A stretch of 64,000 nucleotides of DNA from an uncultured Alphaproteobacteria bacterium (GTDB lineage: Bacteria; Pseudomonadota; Alphaproteobacteria; Rhizobiales; Beijerinckiaceae): assembly GCA_963713845.1 (NCBI GenBank), contig CAVQNJ010000025.1, forward strand, positions 169,417-233,416. Reading direction: 5' to 3'. Position 1 is the stretch's first letter, and every line of letters begins with the position of its first letter. Shown here in pieces: positions 20,442 through 37,596 of the stretch. Under the pieces are notes generated by a model that was given only the letters and a program-made list of their open reading frames with translations, was not told the DNA's origin and searched no databases. A program made the position numbers and the translations under genes.

Positions 20442-21205
20442 AGCAGTGGCTCCGTGCGGGCAGCCGTCGCGTAAAGCGTGCCGGCGGCGTAATAGGCAGC
20501 GATCTTTTCTTCTTCGAGCAACGTCACCTTGTCAGGATCACGGGTCACGGGGACATTGGCGAACTGTTGACCAAGAATAGCATCGACATTGATCCGCCGC
20601 TTTGAGGCGTCGACCTTGGCGAACCCGACGGGCAGAAGCACGTTGGCGCCGCCTCCTATCGCGACCTCGTAGTAACGCAGAAAGCTTTCGGAGCGGTCGA
20701 CCCAAACATCCTTGACCGTTCCAACTACATCGCGATCCGCCGCGACCACCTCCATTCCGATAGGATCCGGGACTTCGCTCGCAACGGCGAAATTTGTGGC
20801 GACGCGCAACGGTGCGATGAGATCACGGCCATCAAACGTTTTCTCCGTGACATCCGCGCGTATCGCATAGGCCCCGGGACCGACTTCCGCGCGCATTGGG
20901 TCGCCATTGGGAGTTAGTGGCGCACCGGGCCAGACTGCCACCTTGGCGGCGTTGGGCGTGCGCGTGTCGCGCTCGTCGAAATTCGGCGCGAGCACAAGCG
21001 ATCCATCGGCGCGGATGAAGACTTTCGGGTCGGGTATGAGTAGAAATCCGCGATCGCCGACGCCACGATCCTCCGATTCGAGCGGGTAGCCTTCGCGACG
21101 ATCTTCGCGGCGCAGATAAAAGATCAAACCAGCGAAGAAAATCCAGAAGGCGTAGAGAACAACCTGTGCGACGTCGATATGGCTAGTGATGGCTCCGCGT
21201 ATCAT
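20438..21205 (-). CDS. puhA: Reaction center H subunit
   Basis: DVAQVVLYAFWIFFAGLIFYLRREDRREGYPL and VTLLEEEKI motifs. Confidence 0.97.
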   Translation of the reverse strand: MIRGAITSHIDVAQVVLYAFWIFFAGLIFYLRREDRREGYPLESEDRGVGDRGFLLIPDPKVFIRADGSLVLAPNFDERDTRTPNAAKVAVWPGAPLTPNGDPMRAEVGPGAYAIRADVTEKTFDGRDLIAPLRVATNFAVASEVPDPIGMEVVAADRDVVGTVKDVWVDRSESFLRYYEVAIGGGANVLLPVGFAKVDASKRRINVDAILGQQFANVPVTRDPDKVTLLEEEKIAAYYAAGTLYATAARTEPLL

Positions 21206-22644
21206 CGCAACACTCCCGAGTTTAAACTGGCCGAAGTAATCAAGCTGAATTCCTTCGGGTCATCGATTCCTGCAGTCGCAAAGCGCACGAGAGGACCAAT
21301 CGCGACGACGGTTGCAAGGAGCAGGATAATTTCGACGACATAGACGATTGTATAACCGGTCGCGGGACTAATGAGCGCCTCGCCCAATGCGCCGCTCAAT
21401 GCGAGGGCGGAACCGGCATCGTTGGCGAGCCCGCTCACGGCGATGGCGAGACCGGCTGCGGTCGCCTGCGCAGCTCCCCACGCGCCGAGCGCGAGCCCGC
21501 GATCCTTCGGCTCCGCGGTTTCCATCGAGGCGGTCAGCGTGCCATGGGCGAAGAGACCACCGCCAAGACCTATCAGCGACACTCCGATCCCAAAGAGCGT
21601 GGAGCAGTTGGCGGGCGCGGCAAAAATGACAGCGCAAAACGCAATAACCCCAACGATTGCGCCAACCCCAGCGACACGGTGCGCATCGGCCCCGCGCGTG
21701 AGCCAACGCGCGGCGATGGCAAGCCCAACACCGCTACCGAGCGCCAATATCGCGGTAAGCGCCGTCGTCGCGCCGACAGGAAGATGCAGCACGCGACCGC
21801 CATAGGGTTCAAGCAGGATATCCTGCATGCTGAAGCCAGCGGTGCCGAGCGCCGTCGCAACGAGCCGGCGGCGCGCCCGACCAGTCATCGTGAAACGACG
21901 CCATGCGTCGCCGAAGTCGAGCTGTTCCGCCTGCGGAAGTTCGCCCCGCGCCTCCTGCTTCCACAGCGCAATGCAATTCAGCGCCATGGTGACGACAGCA
22001 GCACCCTGCACAACCTGAATGAGTCGGATGGCGCTAAAATTCGCGAGCAGCGCGCCAAAGGCCAAGGCGCTCACGCCCATGCCGACAAGCAACATCGCAC
22101 AGAGCAATGCGACAACGCGCGGGCGAAGGTGCGTTGGCGCGAGATCTGTCGCGAGCGCGAGGCCAACCGTCTGAACCGTATGAAGACCCGCGCCGACGAG
22201 TAGAAAGGCAAGCGCTGCCGCCGCCTGCCCAATGATGATCGGTCCCGTCGTGTCGCCTGAGAGAATCAGGAGCGAGAAAGGCATGATGGCGAGGCCGCCG
22301 AATTGCAGCATCGTACCGAACCAGATGTATGGAACACGCCGCCATCCGAGCACAGAGCGATGCGTGTCGGAGCGGAAGCCGATCAGAGCGCGGAAAGGCG
22401 CAAAGAGCAATGGAAGCGACAGCATCAACGCTACCAGCCAGGAGGGCACGCCGAGTTCGACAATCATCACACGATTAAGCGTTCCGATTAGCAGCACCGC
22501 CGCCATGCCGACCGTCACCTGGAAAAGCGACAGGCGAAGCAGGCGCGGCATCGGAAGGTCTGCGGAGCCCGCATCCGCGAAGGGCAATATGCCCGGTCCG
22601 ACTCGCATAAGGCCTTTAATGAGCGTGGCGCTGGCGCGATTCAT
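21202..22644 (-). CDS. lhaA: LH1 assembly protein LhaA (PucC family MFS)
   Basis: LPFADA...LLRLSLFQ, GTLNRVMIVEL and QDILLEPYGG; located between bchM and puhA. Confidence 0.9.
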   Translation of the reverse strand: MNRASATLIKGLMRVGPGILPFADAGSADLPMPRLLRLSLFQVTVGMAAVLLIGTLNRVMIVELGVPSWLVALMLSLPLLFAPFRALIGFRSDTHRSVLGWRRVPYIWFGTMLQFGGLAIMPFSLLILSGDTTGPIIIGQAAAALAFLLVGAGLHTVQTVGLALATDLAPTHLRPRVVALLCAMLLVGMGVSALAFGALLANFSAIRLIQVVQGAAVVTMALNCIALWKQEARGELPQAEQLDFGDAWRRFTMTGRARRRLVATALGTAGFSMQDILLEPYGGRVLHLPVGATTALTAILALGSGVGLAIAARWLTRGADAHRVAGVGAIVGVIAFCAVIFAAPANCSTLFGIGVSLIGLGGGLFAHGTLTASMETAEPKDRGLALGAWGAAQATAAGLAIAVSGLANDAGSALALSGALGEALISPATGYTIVYVVEIILLLATVVAIGPLVRFATAGIDDPKEFSLITSASLNSGVLR

Positions 22645-23341
22645 GAGCGGCGCGCCTCCACGGCTTGCGAAATATAGAAGCCGCTGACGACCCTTTCGGA
22701 CTTCTTTATGCGCCATTCGTCGAGTGCGGCCTGCCCTTTCATCTGATCCTCGAGCGCCGCGAGCGCGATCGGCGCGATGGCGGGCGAACGATTGCCGCGA
22801 GGAAAAAGCTGTCCAAGCGCATGCATCGCGGCGAGCGTCGGCGTGCGCGGCGCGATGGTAAAGACGAGCGAGCCTTTGACCCGCGGCGCGAGCGCGGCGA
22901 GCGTGCGGGCAATGTCGGCGCCCTCGTAGTGAATGAGGCTATCCATCGCGACGACATGATCGAAGCGGCCAAAGGCGGGATCGAGCAGATCGCCGACCGC
23001 AAATGTTACGCAACCCGCACCGAGATTACGCGGGGCGCGCTCGTTGGCAAGACCCACGAGCGTTGGAGAAATATCGACCGCGACCACCTCGGCGCCGCGG
23101 CGGGCCGCCTCGATGGCGAGCGCACCGGTGCCGCAGCCGGCGTCGAGCAGCCGCAGCCCGCGCAGATCTTGCGGCAACCAGGCCAGAAGCGTGTTACGCA
23201 TCGCCTCGCGGCCGGCGCGCACAGTCGCGCGGATGCGATTGACCGGGGCGTCGGATGTCAGACGCTTCCACGCCTCGACGGCAGTGCGGTCGAAATAGGC
23301 TTCAAGTTCGCCGCGTCTTGCGACATAGCTTGGCGTCGTCA

Positions 23342-23342
<1 letters not shown>
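22641..23342 (-). CDS. bchM: Mg-protoporphyrin IX methyltransferase
   Basis: YFDRTA, LDAGCGTG and MDSLIHY motifs. Confidence 0.95.
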
Positions 23343-27931
<4,589 letters not shown>

Positions 27932-27957
<26 letters not shown>

Positions 27958-29463
27958 CGTATAGCGTCTCGATTGTGATGGTCGCAAGGCCGCGCTCGGC
28001 GGCGAATTTCTCCGTGTTGCGGCGAGCTTTGCCGCGCACGAAGAAGGGGACTTTCTTCAGTTCCTTTTCAGCGTCGTCCGCCCAGGCGACGACGATCTCG
28101 CTCGTGACGGGCGCTGCCGGCAAGGGCTGCGGCGCCTCCTTCGCGCCAAGATGCGAAGGCGCGGCCCCGTCATGGAATTCGGCGTCGTCGCGGAACATGG
28201 TGAGAAGATGCTCCTCGAGGCCCATCATCAGTGGATGAACCCAGGAGTCGAAGATCACATTCGCGCCCTCAAAACCCATTTGCGGCGAGTAACGCGCGGG
28301 GAAATCCTGAACATGCACCGGGGCCGAGATCACGGCGCACGCCACGCCGAGGCGCTTGGCGATATGGCGCTCCATCTGCGTGCCTAGAACGAGTTCCGGC
28401 TGGAGTTCGGCGACCTTCGCTTCGACCTCCAGGTAGTCGTCGGTGATGAGCGCCTCGACGCCGTAGCGTGCCGCCGCCTCGCGCACGTCGCGGGCGAAAT
28501 CGCGGGAGTAGGTGCCAAGTCCGACGACATCGAAGCCGAGTTCGTCGCGCGCGATGCGCGCGGCGGCGACGGCATGCGTGGCGTCGCCAAAGATAAAGAC
28601 GCGCTTGCCCGTCAGGTAGGTCGAGTTGACCGAGCGCGAATACCAGGACAGTCGCGGAAGCCTCGACCTGCGTCGCCGCGGCGGGATCGATTTGCGCGAG
28701 ACCCGCTGATTTCGGCGATGAAATCGCGCGTCGCGCCGACGCCGATCGGAACGGTGCGGGTGAAAGGCTGACCATGGGCGCGCTCGAGCCAACGTGCGGC
28801 GGTGAGCGCAACCTCGGGATAAAGCACGACGTTGAAATCGGCGTCTCCGAGACGCGTCAGATCGCGCGGACTGGCGCCGAGCGGGGCGACGACATTGACG
28901 TCGACTCCGAGCTCGGCAAGCAGCCTTTCGATTTCGCGCACATCGTCGCGACAACGGAATCCGAGCGCCGTCGGACCGAGGATATTGCAGCTCTTGCGCG
29001 CTCGCGGCGCACGTTCGCGCTTGGCGCCGGCAAGGCCGCGCACAAGACGATAGAACGTTTCCGCAGCGCCCCAGTTCTCTTTCTTCTGATAGGCCGGCAG
29101 CTCCAGCGGAATAACCGGACAAGGAAGATCGAGCGCCCTGGCGAGACCGCCGGGATCGTCCTGTAACAGCTCTGCGGTGCAGGAGGCCCCGACGATCATC
29201 GCCTCCGGGGAGAAGCGCTCATAAGCTTCGCGCGCGACGTCTTTGAAAAGCTCCGCTGTGTCCGTGCCGAGATCGCGCGCCTGGAACGTCGTGTAAGTGA
29301 CCGGCGGACGCGCGCCCCGACGCTCGATCATTGTGAAGAGCAAATCAGCGTATGTGTCGCCCTGCGGGGCATGGAGCACATAATGCAAGCCGCGCATGGC
29401 GGTCGCGATACGCATGGCGCCAATATGCGGGGGGCCTTCATAGGTCCAGAGCGTCAGCTGCAT
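27932..29463 (-). CDS. bchB: DPOR subunit B (frameshift ~28650-28700)
   Basis: [31 protein letters not shown]; C-terminal PCP_red domain [14 protein letters not shown]. Confidence 0.95.
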
Positions 29464-29466
29464 GGC

Positions 29467-31378
<1,912 letters not shown>

Positions 31379-31735
31379 TTCTGTTTGTGTGACAACTTTG
31401 CCCGGATGCGCTAACGTGTCGCTGTGGAGCATTGCTCCGCGCAGCCCGGCTTTTGAAATTGGCTCGGCAAGGAGCTGTGGCGCAACGCAAATCTCTAATC
31501 GGCCGACATGCGAGGCGGATATGAGCGGATATGTGATAAGCGGGGCGGTCGAGAGAGCGGTGCGATTGCGGGCTTGAGCGCCGCTATGTGAGGCGCGGCG
31601 TGACCCCCAAATGCGATTTCGCTGTGAGGGCAGTCAAAAAACCTGGACGATTATTGCTAAGACTTGACCGTGTGTTTAAGAAAAAATTACTGTTCTTCGT
31701 GTCGACGAAACTGGTCAGAAAGCGAGATTAGCGTT

Positions 31736-33175
31736 GTGAGCGACGCCACGACTACTGCAGCTGCAATGGGGTTTTCGGCCGCCGACGCGCGATTGGGCGG
31801 GCTCGAAGCGGAACATTTCGCCGCTCTTCTCGCCGCTGCCTGCGACGTGACTCTTGTTCTCGATTCCAGGGGCGTCATTCTCGACGCAGCGATCGGCGCA
31901 AACGGCGCCTCCCTGGCGAAGAGCTGGATCGGCAAGCCCTGGATCGATACGGTGACAGTGGAAAGCCGCCTGAAAGTCGAATCCATGTTGCGCGAAGCCG
32001 CGAGGGGCGCGCCGCCGCGCTGGCGCCAGATCAATCACCCGACGCCAGAGACCGATCTGCCGATGAATTACGCCGCGACGCGTAGCCGTCCCGGTGGGCC
32101 GGTCGTGGTGTTCGGCCGCGATTTGCGTGCGCTTGCGGCTCTGCAACAACGGGTGGCTGAGTCGCATCAGGAGATGGAGCGTGAATACGCCCGCATCCGC
32201 GGCGCCGAAAAGCGCTACCGTCTGCTGTTTCAACTGGCGTCGGAAGCCATTCTCATACTCGACGCATCGACCCATCGCGTCACAGAGGCCAATCCCGCCG
32301 CATTGGCCTTGCTCGGAAAGCCCGTCAAGAAAGTTGTCGGCGGCGTTTTCGTCGAGCTTTTTGACGACGCCAGCCGTCGCGCCGCACAGTCTTTCGTCGC
32401 GGCGCTTCTGGTGGCGCCGCGCGTCGACAATGTGCACGCCGCGCTCGCCGAAAGCCGTGAGGCGTTGCTGCTGTCGGGCGCCCTGTACCGGCAGGAAGGC
32501 GCGGGCTCCATTCTCGTTATGCTGTCGCGCGTCAACGAAAGCGCGGCGGTTTCCGTCGAAAAGGCGGGCGCGTTGTTGGCGCTGGAGCGCATGCCCGACG
32601 CCTTTGTGCTGACCGACAAGGACCGCCGCATCCTCATGGCGAATGCGGCTTTCGTCGATCTTGCGCAGGTCGCGTCGGAGGACAGGTTGCGTGGCGAGCA
32701 GATCGAGCGATGGATCGGCCGCCCGGGTCTTGATGTCGATGTTCTCTTCGCCAATTTGCAGACTCATGGCGTATTGCGCAATTTCTCCACGGTCCTGCGC
32801 GGCGAGCATGGAACAACTGAGGACGTCGACGTTTCGGCCGTTGATGTATCGGACGGCGGCCGCCGCTGTCTGGGCTTCTGCATCCGGGGGGCTGGATGGC
32901 GATCCGGGCGCGAGCGGCTCGGCGGTCGCGAACTGCCGCGCACTGCGGAGCAGTTCGCGGATCTCGTCGGGCGCGTGTCCTTGAAAAATCTGGTGCGTGA
33001 GACGACCGACCTCATCGAGCGTCTTTGCATCGAGGCGGCGCTGGATCTGACAAAGGACAATCGCGCCTCTGCCGCTGAGATGCTCGGCCTCAGCCGCCAG
33101 GCGCTTTACACAAAGCTGCGGCGCTACGGGCTGGGCGATCTTGAGGACGAAGAATCGGGCAACGGCGGCGATTGA
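31736..33175 (+). CDS. ppsR: Transcriptional regulator PpsR (PpsR1-type); start approximate
   Basis: DTVTVESRLKV, WRQINHP, PAS domains; Fis-type HTH IERLCIEAAL...NRASAAEMLGLSRQALY. Confidence 0.93.
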   Translation: MSDATTTAAAMGFSAADARLGGLEAEHFAALLAAACDVTLVLDSRGVILDAAIGANGASLAKSWIGKPWIDTVTVESRLKVESMLREAARGAPPRWRQINHPTPETDLPMNYAATRSRPGGPVVVFGRDLRALAALQQRVAESHQEMEREYARIRGAEKRYRLLFQLASEAILILDASTHRVTEANPAALALLGKPVKKVVGGVFVELFDDASRRAAQSFVAALLVAPRVDNVHAALAESREALLLSGALYRQEGAGSILVMLSRVNESAAVSVEKAGALLALERMPDAFVLTDKDRRILMANAAFVDLAQVASEDRLRGEQIERWIGRPGLDVDVLFANLQTHGVLRNFSTVLRGEHGTTEDVDVSAVDVSDGGRRCLGFCIRGAGWRSGRERLGGRELPRTAEQFADLVGRVSLKNLVRETTDLIERLCIEAALDLTKDNRASAAEMLGLSRQALYTKLRRYGLGDLEDEESGNGGD

Positions 33176-33211
33176 CGTCGCGCGACAAGGAAGCTGGACA
33201 GTTTTCACGAG

Positions 33212-33229
33212 TGTAAATTCGCATTGACA
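33212..33229. promoter_or_regulatory. PpsR box upstream of bchG
   Basis: TGTAAATTCGCATTGACA, perfect TGT-N12-ACA. Confidence 0.85.
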
Positions 33230-33259
33230 GTTTACCCTGTCAAGCATACCTTTTTCAGC

Positions 33260-34127
33260 ATGGAGACGCCGAGACCCGCAGCTGTTCTCGAGCTGCTAAA
33301 ACCGATCACATGGTTTGCGCCAATGTGGGCGTTCGCCTGCGGCATCGTTTCCTCAGGCGTCTCTCCTCTCTCCCGATTGTCATTCGTTGCTGGCGGGCGT
33401 CCTGCTTGCCGGCCCGCTCGTCTGCGCGACGAGCCAGGCGGTGAATGACTGGTACGATCGCCATGTCGATGCGATCAACGAGCCGAATCGGCCGATACCT
33501 TCCGGCCGCATTCCCGGACGCTGGGGCTTCTACATCGCCTGCATCTGGACGCTGCTCTCGCTTGTCGTCGCGGCGGCGCTGGGTCAATGGGTTTTCGCCG
33601 CCGCCGTCCTTGGGCTTCTGCTTGCCTGGGTCTACAGCGCTCCGCCGCTGCGCCTGAAGCAGAATGGGTGGTGGGGAAATTCCGCAGTTGCGCTCTGCTA
33701 CGAAGGCCTGCCGTGGTTCACTGGCGCGGCGATCATGGCCGCCGCCCTCCCCGACTGGCGCATCATCGCGCTCGCTCTGCTCTACAGCATTGGCGCGCAT
33801 GGAATCATGACGCTTAACGATTTCAAGTCGGTCGAGGGCGACAAGCGCATGGGCGTCGCGTCGCTCCCCGTCCAGCTTGGCGTCGAACAAGCCGCAGCCT
33901 TTGCCTGCATCGTGATGGCCGCCCCGCAGGTCGTGGTCATCGCGCTGCTGGTCCAATGGGGACATTCGTGGCACGCGGCAGGCGTCGCGGCGCTCCTGTT
34001 CGGCCAGCTCGTTCTGATGCGCACACTCCTTCGTGACCCGCGCGCGCAAGCGCCCTTCTACAACGCGACGGGCACCACGCTATACGTGCTTGGCATGCTG
34101 GTGAGCGCATTCGCGATGAGAATGTGA
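33260..34127 (+). CDS. bchG: Bacteriochlorophyll synthase (frameshift ~33395)
   Basis: LLKPITWFAPMWAF, NDWYDRHVDAINEPNRPIPSG and NDFKSVEGD motifs. Confidence 0.93.
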
Positions 34128-34176
34128 GAACACAACCATAAGTCGACAACTTGAAACGCCGGATAGGGAGGCATCG

Positions 34177-35502
34177 ATGAACGCAGCGCCGCTCGGCTGG
34201 CCCGGCATTATCCGGCTGGGACTCGTCCAAACTGCGCTCGGCGCAATCGTTGTGCTGATGACCTCAACGATCAATCGCGTCATGGTCGTCGAACTGGCTT
34301 TGCCCGCATTCGTTCCGGGGCTTCTCGTCGCCTCTCATTACGCGATTCAGATTCTGCGTCCCGCCTGGGGATACGGCGCCGACGTCGGGGGCAGACGCAC
34401 GCCATGGATTATTGGCGGCTTGGCGACGCTGGCGATCGGCGGCGTGGGCGCGGCGCTCGGCACGGCGCTCACGGCGTCCGATCCTGTGGCCGGCCTGGCG
34501 CTCGCGGCCGTTGCGTTCATGCTCGTCGGCGTCGGCGCCGGCGCCGCGGGAACGTCGGTTCTCGCCATGCTCGCGACCCGCGTCGCGCCGCAACGTCGCG
34601 CCGCCGCCGCGACGACCGTCTGGGTCATGATGATCCTTGGTTTCGCCGTCAGCGCGCCGCTTGCGGGCCATTTCCTCGATCCGTTCTCTCAGCGCCGACT
34701 GATCGTCGTCACGACGATCGTTTGCGCAACCGCTTTTGTTGTCGCAACGCTCGCCGTGCTCGGCGTCGAGGCCGACGCGCCAGATCCGATCTTGACGCGC
34801 AAGAAACCGCCGTTCCGCGAAGCCTTCGCGCAAGTATGGCGTGAACCGGCGGCGCGAAAGTTCACCATCTTCATTTTCGTCTCAATGCTCGCCTACAGCA
34901 TGCAGGAATTGCTGGTTGAACCTTTCGCCGGCGTCGTCTTCGGCATGACTCCGGGCACGACGACCAAGCTTGCGGGTCTGCAACATGGCGGCGTGCTTCT
35001 CGGCATGATCGGCGTCGCGCTTGCTGCGAGCGCGATCGGCGGACCGCGCCTTGGTTCGCTGCGCATGTGGACGGTCGGCGGCTGCATCGCATCCGGCGTC
35101 TCGCTCGTCGCGGTCGCCGCGAGCGGCTTTGGCGGCCTCGCTTTCGCTCTGCGTGCGTCCGTGTTCGCGCTCGGTGTGTCGAATGGCGCCTTTGCCGTCG
35201 CCGCCATTGGGTCGATGATGGGCCTTGCCGGCGCCGGCGCCCATGCGCGCGAGGGCACGCGCATGGGTTTGTGGGGTGCGGCGCAGGCTGTCGCCTTCGG
35301 TTGCGGCGGCGTCCTTGCGACCATCCTTGTCGATGTCGCGAAACTCATTGTTGGCGCGCCGCTTTCCGCCTACGCCATCGTTTTCGTCGTCGAGGCGACG
35401 CTCTTCATCGTTTCCGCCGCTCTTGCGCGCGGGATCTCCAGCCCGCAAGCGGCGCTCGCGTCGCTGACCATTCCGGCGGATGCGGCGACGGCGCAATCAT
35501 GA
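34177..35502 (+). CDS. BCD-family (PucC/Bch2-like) MFS transporter
   Basis: RLGLVQTALG...STINRVMVVELALPA and MGLWGAAQA; located between bchG and bchP. Confidence 0.88.
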   Translation: MNAAPLGWPGIIRLGLVQTALGAIVVLMTSTINRVMVVELALPAFVPGLLVASHYAIQILRPAWGYGADVGGRRTPWIIGGLATLAIGGVGAALGTALTASDPVAGLALAAVAFMLVGVGAGAAGTSVLAMLATRVAPQRRAAAATTVWVMMILGFAVSAPLAGHFLDPFSQRRLIVVTTIVCATAFVVATLAVLGVEADAPDPILTRKKPPFREAFAQVWREPAARKFTIFIFVSMLAYSMQELLVEPFAGVVFGMTPGTTTKLAGLQHGGVLLGMIGVALAASAIGGPRLGSLRMWTVGGCIASGVSLVAVAASGFGGLAFALRASVFALGVSNGAFAVAAIGSMMGLAGAGAHAREGTRMGLWGAAQAVAFGCGGVLATILVDVAKLIVGAPLSAYAIVFVVEATLFIVSAALARGISSPQAALASLTIPADAATAQS

Positions 35503-35513
35503 GGAGCAGCGCG

Positions 35514-36698
35514 ATGACCGATGACGCGATCTTCGATGTGGTGGTTGTCGGCGGCGGTCCCGCCGGCGCGACCGCGGCGCATGATCTCGTGCGGCGTGGC
35601 CGTAAAGTCGCGCTCCTCGACAAGGCTGGGCGCATCAAGCCCTGCGGCGGGGCCATTCCCCCCCGCCTTATCCGCGACTTCGGCATTGCCGATCACCTCC
35701 TCAAGGCGCGCGTCACTTCTGCGCGCATGATTTCGCCGAAGGGCGTGGCGGTTGATATGCCGATCAAGGGCGGCTTTGTTGGCATGGTCGATCGCGGCGA
35801 GTTCGACGAGTGGCTGCGCGTCCGCGCCGCCGCCGCGGGAGCAACGCGAGTAACAGGCGCCTATGAGAGGATCACGCGCGACGCCGGCGGCGTCGCGCAT
35901 GTGCGCTTCAGGGCAAGGGGCGAGACCGAACCGCAGACGTTACGCACGCGTCTCGTCATTGGCGCGGACGGCGCGCTGTCGCAGGTCGGGCGTCAAGAAG
36001 TACCGGGCGCCGACAAGACCCGTTTCGTTTTTGCCTACCATGAGGTGATCGCGACGCCTTCGGCCGAGACAAGCGATCCGGATCGCTGCGAGATTCATTA
36101 TCGCGGCGCCCTTTCGCCGGATTTCTACGCCTGGATCTTCCCCCATGGAGACACAATGAGCGTTGGCTCTGGCAGCGCCAACAAGGGATTTTCACTCAAA
36201 ACCTCGGTGCGCGAGCTGCGTGAAGGCACGGGGCTGGAAGCAGCGGTGACGGAACGGCGCGAAGGCGCGCCCATTCCCCTGAAGCCGCTGAAGCGTTGGG
36301 ACAATGGCCGCGATGTCGTCCTGGCCGGCGACGCCGCCGGCGTCGTCGCGCCAGCCTCCGGCGAAGGCATCTATTACGCCATGCTTGGCGGACGCCTCGC
36401 GGGGGAAGCCGCCGAGGAATGCTTGCGCACCGGGGACGCGCGGGCTCTGGCGAATGCGCGAAAGCGTTTCATGAAGCTGCATGGCCGCGTATTCTTTATT
36501 CTGGGGATATTGCAGTATTTCTGGTATCGTAACGACCGGCTGCGCGAAGCCTTCGTCAGCATCTGCAAGGATCCGGACGTCCAGCGCCTCACTTGGGAAG
36601 CTTACATGAACAAGGAGCTGGTGCGACGCGATCCGATGGCGCACATGCGCATCTTCTTCAAGGATCTGGCGCACCTTCTCAGATTGGCTTCGCCATGA
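35514..36698 (+). CDS. bchP: Geranylgeranyl-bacteriochlorophyll reductase
   Basis: VVGGGPAG, KPCGGAIP and GDAAG..APASGEGIY motifs. Confidence 0.95.
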   Translation: MTDDAIFDVVVVGGGPAGATAAHDLVRRGRKVALLDKAGRIKPCGGAIPPRLIRDFGIADHLLKARVTSARMISPKGVAVDMPIKGGFVGMVDRGEFDEWLRVRAAAAGATRVTGAYERITRDAGGVAHVRFRARGETEPQTLRTRLVIGADGALSQVGRQEVPGADKTRFVFAYHEVIATPSAETSDPDRCEIHYRGALSPDFYAWIFPHGDTMSVGSGSANKGFSLKTSVRELREGTGLEAAVTERREGAPIPLKPLKRWDNGRDVVLAGDAAGVVAPASGEGIYYAMLGGRLAGEAAEECLRTGDARALANARKRFMKLHGRVFFILGILQYFWYRNDRLREAFVSICKDPDVQRLTWEAYMNKELVRRDPMAHMRIFFKDLAHLLRLASP

Positions 36699-37228
36699 TG
36701 TCATTGGCGGCGGATCGATGGACTCTCGTGGTGGTCGCGGCCGCCATCGTCGGGCTGGTCGGCGTCCTCGGCGGGCTCGCGACTGAAATCGGCGAATGGT
36801 ACGAGGGACTGCGCTTTCCGTCCTGGCGGCCGCCGAACTGGCTGTTTGGTCCGGCATGGACGCTGATCTACTTTTTGACCGCGACCAGCGGCGTCCTGGC
36901 CTGGGAGCAGGCGCCCGATGATCGCGTGCGTATCCGGCTGCTGGCGCTTTTCCTCGTCAACGCCGCGCTCAACATTGCTTGGAGCCCGCTTTTCTTCAAA
37001 TTACGCCGGCCCGATTGGGCGCTGGTCGAACTCATATTCCTCTGGCTGTCGATCGCATCGCTCATCCTCGCCGTCGGCGCGATCTCGACATTCGCGGGCG
37101 CGTTGCTCGCGCCCTATCTCGCCTGGGTCAGTTTCGCGGGGTTCCTCAACTGGACCATGGTGGCGCTCAACAAGCCGTTCACGACATACAGGGCGAAGAA
37201 CCTGCGTCGCCGGGAGGAGAGCGCATGA
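36695..37228 (+). CDS. tspO: Tryptophan-rich sensory protein TspO
   Basis: WY..L..PSWRPPNWLFGPAWT, WSPLFF and PYLAWVSFA motifs. Confidence 0.93.
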   Translation: MMSLAADRWTLVVVAAAIVGLVGVLGGLATEIGEWYEGLRFPSWRPPNWLFGPAWTLIYFLTATSGVLAWEQAPDDRVRIRLLALFLVNAALNIAWSPLFFKLRRPDWALVELIFLWLSIASLILAVGAISTFAGALLAPYLAWVSFAGFLNWTMVALNKPFTTYRAKNLRRREESA

Positions 37229-37596
37229 TGCACTTTGTCGCCGATCCTCATTTCATCGACGTCATTCTCGTTCTTGTCGCGCTCGAGGCTGTTGGCGTTC
37301 TGGGCTTTCGCGCGATGCGTCAAGCCGGTCCTGCCCCGCTCGGGTTCCTCTGCAATCTCTTCGCCGGCGCGTTTCTGCTGTTTGCACTGCGGCAAGCGCT
37401 CGCCGGCGGGTCGACCGTTGCGATCGCCTGCAGCCTCGCCCTCGCCTTGGTGGCGCATCTCGGCGATCTGTTTTCGCGCTGGTGCGCCGCGCCGGTGATC
37501 GATCAGTCGACGATCGGGAAGCAGACGGCGATCGCCCAGGCGAGGCCAAAGGCGGCGCCGAGCGCTCCCGGTCGGGGATCGCGCGTGCGTGCGTAG
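37225..37596 (+). CDS. Small hypothetical membrane protein coupled to tspO
   Basis: GGGAGGAG RBS and ATGA overlap; 3 hydrophobic helices ending in AHLGDL..RW. Confidence 0.65.
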   Translation: MMHFVADPHFIDVILVLVALEAVGVLGFRAMRQAGPAPLGFLCNLFAGAFLLFALRQALAGGSTVAIACSLALALVAHLGDLFSRWCAAPVIDQSTIGKQTAIAQARPKAAPSAPGRGSRVRA

